DNA of 64,000 bases, taken from assembly GCF_910577475.1 (NCBI RefSeq), contig NZ_CAJTLJ010000008.1. The stretch is one strand, 5' to 3'. Origin of the DNA: an uncultured Alistipes sp. GTDB lineage: Bacteria; Bacteroidota; Bacteroidia; Bacteroidales; Rikenellaceae. Of this stretch, positions 42,626-52,700 are shown one piece after another. Position 1 is the stretch's first letter. The number at the start of each line of letters is the position of its first letter. Position numbers and translations under genes: made by a program. Below the pieces are notes generated by a model. It did no database searches and was not told the origin of the DNA. It worked only from the letters and a program-made list of their open reading frames with translations.

Positions 42626-43717
42626 TCAGAAAGAGCCCGTCACCAGGACCTGCACCAGCGAGAGATCGTTGCGGCCGTTCTGCGAGACGGCATAGTGCTG
42701 CAGGGTGTAGTTGAGTTGGAGACGCAGGTGGCTCCAGACAGGCAGGTCGAGCCCCACCAGCCAGTTCGTGCGCTGCGAATCGGCATCGTCGCTGTCGGGA
42801 CGAAAGACATCGCAGCGGACCAGCGGGGTCAGGTAACGGGTGGCGCGCCAGCCTGCCACCGCATAGTAACCGTTGCTCCGCAGCGCTCCGGTCTTGCCTC
42901 CCAGATATTCGGCACGGGCGAACCAGCGCGCACCGTCGTAGGCGATGCCGGCGGCGAAGCGTTTGCGGTCAGTGTATCCGGCACCCCACTCGCCCCGGTA
43001 GTAGGAGCCCGAAAGGGTCAGCTCCGGCAGAGGCATCACGTTCAGACGCAGGGCGATGTCCTTGGACTTGTTGTTGTCCCGGCAGTTGATGCCCGCGCCG
43101 TTGAACACGCCGACCTGATAATGGAGGATCGAGCGGTCGCCGTGCTTCCAGAGGCCGCCGTAGAAGGTGATGCCGATGTCGCGTCCCGTAGAGGCGAGTT
43201 TCTCTCCGCCGATCCGCTCGTCGAGCCCCATCAGGGCCTGCAGGGCCATCGGATAGTCGATCGCCTCCAGCCGCAGGGGACCGTAGTCGACGTTCTCGAT
43301 CGAGAAGGGAACTTTGTACTGCCCCAGCTGGACGCCGAACTGCCGCCAGGGGGCGACGCGCACATAGGCGTCGACGACCCGGGGTGCCGCCAGCTCCATC
43401 TGGATCCGGTAGTCGGCGATCCGGCGGTAGAGGGCTCCGCCCAGGGTCAGGCGGACCCGCTTGATGTAGAACGTCGACTCGTCGCTTCCGGAGGCCAGCT
43501 CGCCCCACTGATAGCCCAGCTGGGCGTAGCCCGAAACCTTCGGGAGTTTTTCGACCGCCCGGCTCCACTTCTCGGAGCGGACCGTCTGCCGCTCAAGCAG
43601 CTGTTCCAGCGAGTCGAGACGCTCGTTCAGCCGGTCGGTCTCCGTCTGTCCGGCCGCCCGGTCGCACCGTCCGAGCAGCGCACCGGCGAGCAGAAGGGGA
43701 AAAAGTAATCTCTTCAT
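42626..43717 (-). CDS. Outer membrane porin (phosphate-selective porin O/P-like)
   Basis: Signal peptide, short coiled coil, KRVRL, GQYKVPFS, GRDIG, GVFNG, C-terminal Phe. Confidence 0.82.
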   Translation of the reverse strand: MKRLLFPLLLAGALLGRCDRAAGQTETDRLNERLDSLEQLLERQTVRSEKWSRAVEKLPKVSGYAQLGYQWGELASGSDESTFYIKRVRLTLGGALYRRIADYRIQMELAAPRVVDAYVRVAPWRQFGVQLGQYKVPFSIENVDYGPLRLEAIDYPMALQALMGLDERIGGEKLASTGRDIGITFYGGLWKHGDRSILHYQVGVFNGAGINCRDNNKSKDIALRLNVMPLPELTLSGSYYRGEWGAGYTDRKRFAAGIAYDGARWFARAEYLGGKTGALRSNGYYAVAGWRATRYLTPLVRCDVFRPDSDDADSQRTNWLVGLDLPVWSHLRLQLNYTLQHYAVSQNGRNDLSLVQVLVTGSF

Positions 43718-43845
43718 TCCGTTTGCATTTATTAAGGTTGCAAAGATGGCCGATTTTTCCTTGCCGGGCAAGGGTATAAATACCTAAAAACAGACCTCAT
43801 CGCCCCCTTTCGGAGAGAAAAGGCGGAATTATCGGAAAATGTGCT

Positions 43846-43853
43846 TATATTTG
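43846..43853 (+). promoter_or_regulatory. -7 promoter element of the coaD operon
   Basis: TATATTTG, 21 nt before ATG 43875. Confidence 0.6.
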
Positions 43854-43874
43854 CGAGTTACAAACTACCTCGTC

Positions 43875-44351
43875 ATGGAGCAGAGAACAGCCCTATTTCC
43901 GGGATCGTTCGATCCTTTCACCCGCGGCCATCAAGCACTGGTCGCCCGGGCATTGAAACTCTTCGACCGCGTGGTCGTCGGCATCGGCGACAACCCCGCC
44001 AAGCGGGGAATGCTCCCGGCCGGAAAGCGGCAGGCGCTGATCGAGGATCTCTATCGCGGCGATCCGCGCGTGGAGGCACAGGTCTACACCGGTCTGACGG
44101 GCGATTTCGCCACCGCCATAGGGGCCGTGGCAATCATCCGCGGCGTGCGCAACACCACCGACTTCGAGTACGAGCGGACGATGGAGGCGGCCAACCTGCG
44201 GCTCTACCCCCACCTAACTACCGTGATGCTCTTCACGCCGCCGGACGTGGCGGACATCTCCTCCTCCACGGTCCGCGAGGTGCACGCCTTCGGCCGCTCG
44301 GTGCGGGAGTTCCTGCCCGAAGGGGTCGAACTGGAGAACTATTTACCGTAA
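43875..44351 (+). CDS. coaD: Phosphopantetheine adenylyltransferase
   Basis: FPGSFDPFTRGH, IRGVR..DFEYE, ISSSTVRE. Confidence 0.97.
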   Translation: MEQRTALFPGSFDPFTRGHQALVARALKLFDRVVVGIGDNPAKRGMLPAGKRQALIEDLYRGDPRVEAQVYTGLTGDFATAIGAVAIIRGVRNTTDFEYERTMEAANLRLYPHLTTVMLFTPPDVADISSSTVREVHAFGRSVREFLPEGVELENYLP

Positions 44352-44372
44352 ACCCGAACAAACATCCATAAC

Positions 44373-45410
44373 ATGAATTTTACCGCAGAACAAATCGCCG
44401 GACTGATCTCGGGAGAGGTCGTGGGCGACAAGCTGACCGAGGTGCATACCGTCTCCTCCATCGAGGAGGGCAAGGCCGGTTCGATGGCCTACCTCGCCAA
44501 CCCCAAATACGAACCCTGCCTCTACACGACCGAAGCCTCCATCGTGCTGGTGAACCGCTCGTTCGAGCCCTCGCAGCCGGTGAAGGCCACCCTGATCAAG
44601 GTGGACGACGTGGGCGCCACGGTGGTGCAGCTGCTGGAGATGTACAACGCCATGCGCCCGCAGAAGTCGGGCATCTCGAAGATCTGCTCCATTTCGGAGC
44701 GGGCCGAGGTGGCCGCCGACTGCTACGTCGGGGAGTTCGCCGTCATCGAGGCGGGTGCCCGGGTGGGCGCCGGCTGCCGCATCTACCCCCAGGTCTACAT
44801 CGGCGACAACGTGGTGATCGGCGAGAGGACGACCCTCTATCCGGGGGTGAAGATCTACGAGGGCTGCCGCATCGGAAGCCGCTGCATCCTCCACGCCGGA
44901 GCCGTGATCGGAGCCGACGGCTTCGGCTTCATGCCCAAACCCGACGGCACCTTCGCCAAGATCCCGCAGCTGGGCAATGTCATCATCGAGGACGACGTGG
45001 AGATCGGAGCGAACACCTGCATCGACCGCGCCAAGACCGACTCGACGATCATCCGCCGGGGCGTGAAGCTCGACAACCTGATCCAGGTGGGCCACAACGT
45101 CCAGATCGGCGAGAACACGGTGTCGTCGGCCCAGATGGGCGTCGCCGGATCGTCGAAGATCGGCAGCAACTGTTTCCTGGGCGGCCAGGTGGGCATCGCC
45201 GACCATATCACGGTCGGCAACCGCGTGATGATCGGCTCCCAGAGCGGCATCGACAAGAACGTCGCCGACGGCGAGGTTCGGCTTGGCACCCCCGCCCTGC
45301 CCGGCATCAAGTTCCACCGCGCCCACTCCGTGTTCCGCGAGTTGCCCGAACTGCGCCAGCAGCTGATGCGGATGGAGAAGGAGCTGCAGGCGCTCAAAAA
45401 GAACGAATAG
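44373..45410 (+). CDS. lpxD: UDP-3-O-(3-hydroxyacyl)glucosamine N-acyltransferase
   Basis: Hexapeptide repeats, [30 protein letters not shown]. Confidence 0.97.
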   Translation: MNFTAEQIAGLISGEVVGDKLTEVHTVSSIEEGKAGSMAYLANPKYEPCLYTTEASIVLVNRSFEPSQPVKATLIKVDDVGATVVQLLEMYNAMRPQKSGISKICSISERAEVAADCYVGEFAVIEAGARVGAGCRIYPQVYIGDNVVIGERTTLYPGVKIYEGCRIGSRCILHAGAVIGADGFGFMPKPDGTFAKIPQLGNVIIEDDVEIGANTCIDRAKTDSTIIRRGVKLDNLIQVGHNVQIGENTVSSAQMGVAGSSKIGSNCFLGGQVGIADHITVGNRVMIGSQSGIDKNVADGEVRLGTPALPGIKFHRAHSVFRELPELRQQLMRMEKELQALKKNE

Positions 45411-45415
45411 CCCCG

Positions 45416-46033
45416 ATGGCCGCACCCGACCGCTACCGCATCATGGGCATCGACCCCGGCACCAACTACATGGGTTACGGCGTGCTGGAGGTCGAGGGCC
45501 GTCGGCTGCACTCGGTCGTGCTGGGCGACATCGACCTGCACAAGCTGCCCGACCCCTACGCCAAGCTGCGCTACATCTTCGAACGGGTGGGTGCGCTGAT
45601 CGACCAGTACGGACCGCAGGAGGTGGCGCTGGAGTCGCCCTTCTTCGGCGAGAACGTACAGTCGATGCTCAAGTTGGGCCGTGCCCAGGGGGTCGCGATG
45701 GCGGCCGCGCTGAGCCGTTCGCTGCCCGTCTTCGAGTACGCACCCAGCCGGATCAAGCGCTCCATCGCCGGCTCGGGCTTGGCGGGCAAGGAGCAGGTGG
45801 CGGGCATCGTGCGGAATCTGCTCAAGATCGAGCAGGCGCCGCGGCGGCTCGACGCCACCGACGGCATGGCCGTCGCCCTCTGCCACTACTATATGGACCA
45901 CAACGTGCTCAACGAGGCCCTGGGCCACGAACGCATGAAGGGGCTGGGCGGCGGTCCGAAAGCGATCTCCAGACGGGGCAGCACGAGTTGGGAGCAGTTT
46001 TTGAAGCAACATCCCGACCGGGAGATCAAATAA
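45416..46033 (+). CDS. ruvC: Holliday junction resolvase
   Basis: MGIDPG, ALESPFF, KLGRAQG, DATD. Confidence 0.96.
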   Translation: MAAPDRYRIMGIDPGTNYMGYGVLEVEGRRLHSVVLGDIDLHKLPDPYAKLRYIFERVGALIDQYGPQEVALESPFFGENVQSMLKLGRAQGVAMAAALSRSLPVFEYAPSRIKRSIAGSGLAGKEQVAGIVRNLLKIEQAPRRLDATDGMAVALCHYYMDHNVLNEALGHERMKGLGGGPKAISRRGSTSWEQFLKQHPDREIK

Positions 46034-46067
46034 GGAAAACGAAAAAACACAACTTAACGAATAGACG

Positions 46068-47117
46068 ATGAAAAAGATTCTTTTCAGCCTGCTCTGCGCC
46101 GCTGCGCTTTGCAGCTGCGGTAGCAAAGGCTACCATTTCACGGGAACGCTGGCCGAGGCCGGCGACTCGGTTTACCTGCTCACGGCCGACCGGAGCCAGG
46201 AGGTCATCACCGCCGCCGCGGTCGACCAGTCGGGCAATTTCAGCTTCAAGGGCGCTTGCGAAACGCCCTCCATGGCCGTGCTGACTACGTCGGACTACCG
46301 TCCCGTCGCGCTGGTCTTTCTGGAGCGGGGCAACCTCGCGCTCGTGCAGAACGCCGAAGGCCGCTACGAGGTGACCGGCTCGCCCGCCAACGAGGCGCTG
46401 ACCGATTTCCAGCAGAAGATGGCCGCCCTTCAGACCGAATATTTCTCGCTCGACGAGACCTCAGCCTCGCCCGAGACCGTCGAGGCGCTGCAAAACCGGA
46501 GCGACTCGCTGACGAAGGCCGCCATGAAGGCCAACCTCTCGAACCTCTTCGGCGCCTACGTGCTGGTTAACAGCCACTATGACATGGAGGGCGACGAGGT
46601 GCGCGGTTACATCGAGCAGCTCTCTCCCGAGGTGCGGCGCGCCGAAATCGTGGCCGAGCTGGAGCAGACCCTCGCCGCCCAGGCCAACGTCGAGGTCGGC
46701 AAACCCTACACCGAACTCACCTTCGACGACGCTGCCGGAAAACCGGTCGCCCTCTCCACGCTCATCGGCCCCGGCAAGTGGGTGCTGATCGACTTCTGGG
46801 CCACGTGGTGCGGCCCCTGCAAGCGGGAGATTCCCCATCTGGCCGAGGCCTACGAGGAGTTCCGCGACAAGGGCTTCGAAATCTACGGCGTGTCGCTCGA
46901 CAGCGACGCCGAGGCGTGGAAGGGCTACGTGGCCGACCACGGGATGAACTGGGTAAACGTGCTGGGCACAGGAAGCGACGAGGCCCGCGCGCAGATCGAC
47001 CTCTACGCCGTTCAGTCGATCCCCTCGAATTTCCTCATCTCGCCCGACGGCATCATCGTCGCCAAGAACCTTCGCGGCGCGGCCGTGCGCGAGAAGCTGG
47101 CCGAGATGCTCGAATAA
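46068..47117 (+). CDS. TlpA-family disulfide reductase lipoprotein (DUF4369-type N-terminus plus thioredoxin domain)
   Basis: Lipobox LCSC; LIDFWATWCGPC, GVSLD, SIPSNFLI. Confidence 0.92.
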   Translation: MKKILFSLLCAAALCSCGSKGYHFTGTLAEAGDSVYLLTADRSQEVITAAAVDQSGNFSFKGACETPSMAVLTTSDYRPVALVFLERGNLALVQNAEGRYEVTGSPANEALTDFQQKMAALQTEYFSLDETSASPETVEALQNRSDSLTKAAMKANLSNLFGAYVLVNSHYDMEGDEVRGYIEQLSPEVRRAEIVAELEQTLAAQANVEVGKPYTELTFDDAAGKPVALSTLIGPGKWVLIDFWATWCGPCKREIPHLAEAYEEFRDKGFEIYGVSLDSDAEAWKGYVADHGMNWVNVLGTGSDEARAQIDLYAVQSIPSNFLISPDGIIVAKNLRGAAVREKLAEMLE

Positions 47118-47136
47118 CCCTCACCCGTCAATACAC

Positions 47137-47173
47137 GAATCGGGCTGCCTGCGGGAAGCAGGCAGCCCGATTC
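47137..47173 (+). terminator. Hairpin, probable terminator at the end of the core region
   Basis: GAATCGGGCTGCCTGC/GCAGGCAGCCCGATTC perfect 16-bp stem. Confidence 0.7.
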
Positions 47174-47316
47174 GCATCGTATCATCTCGAGCGGAAGAAC
47201 GCCAGCCCCGCAGTCGACTCATTCCTACATAACGGAACATTCGCCCTTACATTCCGCCCCTGCGACCGTCGTCCCCCGACCATAAGGAAACGGTGCAGCT
47301 AATACTCGGAACATGA

Positions 47317-47600
47317 TCATCGCAATACATTTGGTTTCATAGAGACTAACCTCCACTCCCGCTCTTCCGAATAACAGGTGTTTTTGATATGCTGATATTT
47401 GTCGTGCAGAAACTCGTAGTCCAGATTTTTTACAGAACAGTCCCTACCGTCCTCATTGATTTCAATAGCATCATACGCCCGTTGCAGATCCTCGCTTGTG
47501 AATGTATCGATATATTTATTTTCTGTTTTATAGCTAATCTTCAGAAAATTGCCATGTTCATACCTTGATATAAAATCGACAGGGAATGCAATTGCCGCCG
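47317..47600 (-). pseudogene. Internal fragment of a DUF2971-like protein
   Basis: AIAF..FLKISY..IKNTCYSEEREWRLV resembles the K-x3-(F/Y)-x2-E-x-E-W-R motif; AT-rich with no convincing start. Confidence 0.5.
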
Positions 47601-48033
47601 GTGAGGACAATACAAGAGATTTGCGGGGAAGATCACCCCAATTTACTACTGACAAAGTTTCGATTCCATGCTCCCCGCTATTGGATAGAAACTTTGTTTT
47701 TAAGAACTTTGCAGCAAAATTTAACGGCAACAGCACCCGAAAGGGCAAGTTATTTTGCAATTTCCGCTGAATATGCTACTTTTGCAGTAACATATTAATA
47801 CACGGAAAGTGTAAGATATAATATAATAAATCGCAACTATTTATATATCTGCGTCTTATCTCTTAACAATCTGTATATCGTAACACATTCGTAACAAAAA
47901 GTAATTTTATTCGAGATTGCATAAATTTTTGTTACTCCTTACTTTCATCGACTTCATTTATTAGTATTTCTGTTGGGATATTCTTTTTTGGGGCTATCCT
48001 CTCATATAGGTTCTGTCGGCGATAAGAATTTTT

Positions 48034-48250
48034 GCAGCCAAAAGAAAAATATTGTCTGTCGACAATTAGCATCACATCCCTGCGAATCCATCCTCATATA
48101 CGCAGGCAATAATATACCTGCATATATACTTTACTTTAGATTAGCATATATATAGGCTAATATAGTAAAGTAAAGTGATTTTACATCCCCCAATAATACG
48201 ACCTACCAAAAGAAAAGATATACCGACTCGTGTATTTTTCTTTTGGCTGC
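48034..48250. repeat. Perfect 18-bp inverted repeat enclosing nested hairpins
   Basis: GCAGCCAAAAGAAAAATA (48034-48051) and TATTTTTCTTTTGGCTGC (48233-48250). Confidence 0.85.
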
Positions 48251-48386
48251 GAGAATCTATCTGTTGGTATAGCTTACGGCATGTCCACGTCCTGAGTTGA
48301 GTAATACAATATCCTAATTATCTATAAAATAAGCATTGCGCCGTCAAATAAACCAGACAAAATGTAAATTGTAAAAGAAAAAACAC

Positions 48387-48394
48387 TACTTTTG
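48387..48394 (+). promoter_or_regulatory. -7 promoter element of the B12 operon
   Basis: TACTTTTG with TTG at 48369, directly upstream of the riboswitch. Confidence 0.7.
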
Positions 48395-48399
48395 CGACA

Positions 48400-48568
48400 G
48401 TTGAGTTTCCGTAGGCGTACTGCCGACCGGAATTAAAAGGGAATACCGGTGAGAATCCGGAGCTGTACTCGCAGCTGTAAGTCCCATTGGTGTCTATCGC
48501 ACTCTTTGCCACTGGTTGTAAAACTGGGAAGGCGCGACGGACGGGACAAGCCAGAAGACCTGCTTGAC
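48400..48568 (+). ncRNA. Cobalamin riboswitch
   Basis: AAAAGGGAATACCGGTGAGAATCCGG, CGCAGCTGTAA, GCCACTG..GGGAAGGC, and B12 box AGCCAGAAGACCTGC. Confidence 0.95.
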
Positions 48569-48666
48569 GAAATGTGATTTGGCAACCACGGGATAATTGG
48601 TGCTCAATCAAAGCGAAGTAAGGCTCGTCCGACAGATACGTCTTATATTCTTTTTGATAACCTGCT

Positions 48667-48716
48667 TATACTCCGTTCGTTGCCGATGCATCGCAGTGAA
48701 CGGAGTATATTGTTTA
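48667..48716 (+). terminator. Leader hairpin, candidate riboswitch-controlled terminator
   Basis: TATACTCCGTTCGTTGC/GCAGTGAACGGAGTATA 17-bp stem (2 G-U) followed by TTGTTT. Confidence 0.65.
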
Positions 48717-48738
48717 ACTCAAATATTTAATGCAGGTT

Positions 48739-49689
48739 ATGAAAAAAATCTTTACCACACTGCTGCTCGCCGCATGTTTTGCCGCGATGCTTGGGAGTTG
48801 TTCGGGCGACAAGTACGACGACTCGGAACTCCGTCAGGAGATTGAAAACATCAAGTCGGAGATTGCTTCGATAAAATCGGAAATATCCTCGCTCAAAGCC
48901 TTGGTCGAAGCGCTGGAACAGCACAAGTTCATCACCGACTGCTCGCAGGGCAGCGACGGAAGCTACACTATCAAATTCAGCGACGGAATGTGGATCACGA
49001 TTCGCGACGGAAAGGACGGAGAGCCGGGCAAGAATGCTCCGACAATAGGTATTGCACTGAACGACAATGGCGTTTACTGCTGGACACTGGACGGAACATT
49101 TCTTCTCGACGATAAAGGCGCAACCATTCCCGTTGCCGGCAAAGACGGAGAGACCGGCAAAGACGGTCTGACACCCACAATCAACACCGACGGCTATTGG
49201 GAAATCGACGGCAATCCGATTCTGGATGCAAACGGCAATCCGATTAAAGCTGTGGGACAAAACGGAAACAACGGCAAAGACGGAGATTCTTTCTTCAAAG
49301 AGGTCGAGCAGAACGATAATGAGGTGATATTCACGCTCGCCAACGGCGAAACAATCGTGATTCCGAAGGCACAGGAAGTCAATTTCTTTTTCGATCACAC
49401 ATCGCTGACTCTCAAATACGGAGCGACCGTGCATGTCGCCGTCACGCAGAAGGGCGTCGAGTCGTTCGCCATAACCAAACCCGACGGCTGGCGTGTGTCG
49501 CTCGCCGAAGATAAACTGACCGTTACGGCTCCTGCAAAGGAGAATATCTATGCCGAGCGAAACGGTGAAATATCGGTGGTAGCCATAGGAGCTACGACGA
49601 CGATTGTCGCCAAACTCGCCGTGACGGCTACCGACGAAATCCTCGACGGCGCAGGCGCTGGTTCGAGCCAGTGGGAAGAGTGGAACTAA
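48739..49689 (+). CDS. Lipoprotein with coiled coil, collagen-like GKDG linkers (DUF4988/PL29 N-terminal-like) and an Ig-like domain
   Basis: LGSC lipobox, YDDSELRQEI heptads, YTIKFSDG, GKDG repeats, YCWTLDG. Confidence 0.8.
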   Translation: MKKIFTTLLLAACFAAMLGSCSGDKYDDSELRQEIENIKSEIASIKSEISSLKALVEALEQHKFITDCSQGSDGSYTIKFSDGMWITIRDGKDGEPGKNAPTIGIALNDNGVYCWTLDGTFLLDDKGATIPVAGKDGETGKDGLTPTINTDGYWEIDGNPILDANGNPIKAVGQNGNNGKDGDSFFKEVEQNDNEVIFTLANGETIVIPKAQEVNFFFDHTSLTLKYGATVHVAVTQKGVESFAITKPDGWRVSLAEDKLTVTAPAKENIYAERNGEISVVAIGATTTIVAKLAVTATDEILDGAGAGSSQWEEWN

Positions 49690-49711
49690 TCATTAACGAC
49701 AGACTGAAATC

Positions 49712-52700
49712 ATGAAGAAGTACCTATATATAATATTGTGCGCCGGCCTGCTTGCGTTGACAGGCTGTGTCAAAGATGCAGATATTGAACCTTACCGTCC
49801 AATCACCGGGACGGACGGCCGAATCATACTGACCGGTTATGCCGATGCTGCGACCCGAACCGGATTCGGACAGGCCTCTGCCGAGGCAATTCCGTTGGAG
49901 TGGAGTGCCGGCGATTATATTTGGGCCGATGGCAGCCGAAGTGAAAACCTTACGGCTGGCGGGGCGAAAGCTGCGTTCATCTTCAATGCGTTGCAGACCG
50001 CTGCGACCTATGATATCTTCTATAACATGACCGGTTCGGATGCCGGAACGGCCTTGATTCCCGCACGGCAGACCCAGCATGCGGCATACGCTCCCGAACT
50101 GGGCGCGAACGGCGACTTCGGATTCGCCACGACGGGGGCCGACGGTGTTTTCACCCTCTCGCACGCCACCTCCTACGTCTGGTTCGACCTATGGACAAAA
50201 GATATAGACTGCAACCTGGCGTCTATTTTATTGAGCGTCTCGGGCGGCCATACGATTGCCGGCGAAGCTGTTTTTGCCGACGAGGCACTGGGCGCATGCA
50301 CCGGCTCGTCATCCGTCACGCTGTCGTTCGGCGAAAAGGGCGTCGCACTGCCGGCAGAGAGCAATGAAAGCGAAGTTTTTGCGGCTATGGTGCTCTATCC
50401 GGCCGATCTGGCGGAGGCAACCGTTTCGATCGTCTGCACCTTCACCGACGGTTCGGTCTGCCTGCAAACCAAGGCCGGCAAAACGCTCGTTCCGGGCGGT
50501 ACGCTACGCATTTCGTCCCAGCTGGCCGATGCCGACCGCAAGAACTCGGGTATCTTCTACATGACCAATGAAGGTGTGTCGCAGGAACTTCCGGACGAAT
50601 CAATTTCTTACCTGAAAGCCGTAACTCTTGGCGATGCTGCACTGAGCGCGGAGACGCTTACGACTATTGCCGGAAAATTGTCGGCCGGTGCTGTGCTCGA
50701 CTTCGGCGATGCCGACTATGCTACCACCGAATTCCCCAATGTGTTCATGAACAGGACCAACCTGCGGGAGATCGTCATGCCGCGCAACATCGAGACCTTC
50801 GCGGCTGCGTCGAACTTCACCGGCGCCTTCTACCGCTGCACCAACCTGCAGAGGGCAGTGTTCCCCGAAGGTGTGAAACTCGTTCCGCAGAACTGCTTCC
50901 GGGAGTGCTCGTCGCTCGAAGCGGTCGAGATTCCCGCATCGGTGGCCGAGTTGGGCGAAATGGCTTTCTATAACTGCAAGAAACTCGTGTCGATAGCCAT
51001 TCCGGACGGGATCTCGGTATTGCCTCGCTCTTTGTTCGAATACTGTTCGTCGCTCGCAAGCGTGAAAATCCCCGATTCGCTGACCGAACTTAAAAGCGAT
51101 GTTTTCAACGGTTGCACGGCTATGGCCGAAATCGTACTTCCGGAGAGTATCACCACAATGGACAGCAGCATTTTCGAAGGGTGTACCTCATTAAAAAGCG
51201 CACGTATTCCGGACGGGATTATCACTCTGCCCAAAAGGATGTTCCGAAATTGCTCGGCACTTGTCGATGTCAATATGCCGAGCCGTCTGGAAAGCGTCGG
51301 CGAAGAGGCATTCTATCACTGCGGAATGTTGGCGGATGTCACGTTCCCGGAGACGCTGCAATCCGTCGGCGAACGTTCGTTCGGCGGTTGCAATGCCTTC
51401 ACACGCGTTGTCCTCGATATTCCGGAGGTTGCCAACTACTCGTTCTGGAGCTGTGCCAATGTCTCGGCGATAGATTTGGGCGAGCGTGTAACCTCGATAG
51501 GACACAACTCGTTCATTACGGCGGGCAACCTGCAAACAATCATCTGCCGTGCCGCTGTGCCGCCCGTGCTCGGCATGACGTCGTTCGGCAGTGCGGGCAG
51601 CAAGGTAGAAGGCAAGAAATATCTTTGCGTTCCTGCTGCGTCGTATGATGCCTACGAAAAAGAGTGGGCGGATATTATCGCTATGGGCTACATCCTCGAA
51701 GACATCAACACGCAGGATCTGACCGACGGCATCTATTACCGCACCTCGCGCGAGGCGAATTGGACATCGGCCATGCCGTCGGGAACCTTCACCGAATTTT
51801 ATGTCAAGACCGTCGGCGATTCTACGATTTCGGAAGAGACGCTGCGTAATATAGCCTCGAAGATTGCCGCGCAGCAGAGTGCCGTTGCCATTGATTTGCA
51901 TTCGGCAAAATATACGACGAATACGTTCCCGCCGGCTTTTGCAGGCAATGCCAAACTCGGCGGCGTGCAGTGCTTCGAAAATACGACCGCATTCGAAAAC
52001 GGAGTGTTTACAGGCTGTACTGCGCTGGCCAAAGCAACTGTTCCGAGCGGAGTCGCCACCGTACCCGAGAGCGCATTCGAGGGATGTGCGGCTTTAAGTT
52101 CTGTAAGTGTACCGTCAAGCGTTAAGGCGGTAGACAACAAGGCGTTCAAGGGATGTGCCGCATTAACGGACATAACGCTATCGTCGGTTGCGTCAATCGG
52201 CGAGGAGGCGTTTGCCGGTTGCGGTCTTACCACGGCGACAATTTCGGCTGCGACGCTCGGAGATAAGTGTTTCAACAGCTGCGAAGCTCTCGCTTCGGTC
52301 AAGTTAAACGGTATGACGTCGATTCCTGCCGGCATGTTCGGCGAATGCACCGCACTGAAAGATGTGACGCTGCCGAATACCGTCAAGACAGTAGGCAACA
52401 GCGCATTCGAAGGATGCGGTCAGCTGGCTGCGCTCACTCTGGGAACAGGTGTCGCGACACTCGGCGACCGAGCATTTGCCGATTGCGGTCTGACGGCTCT
52501 CGTATTGCCGGACAATGTAACGGAACTCGGAAAAGAGGTATTCAAAAACAATCCTGCTATTGCATCGATAACATTCGGTGCAGGCATAACCGCCATAAGC
52601 GACGGGGCATTTGCTGTCAATAACACTATTGAGCGGCTCACTATTCCGAAAACCGTTGCGACAATCGGGGCCAACGCCTTCGCCGACTGGTCACGGCTCA

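Noticed and set aside
48318..48845. Track ORFs overlapping the riboswitch and leader
   Set aside because: The region is fully explained by the promoter, the cobalamin aptamer and the leader hairpin.
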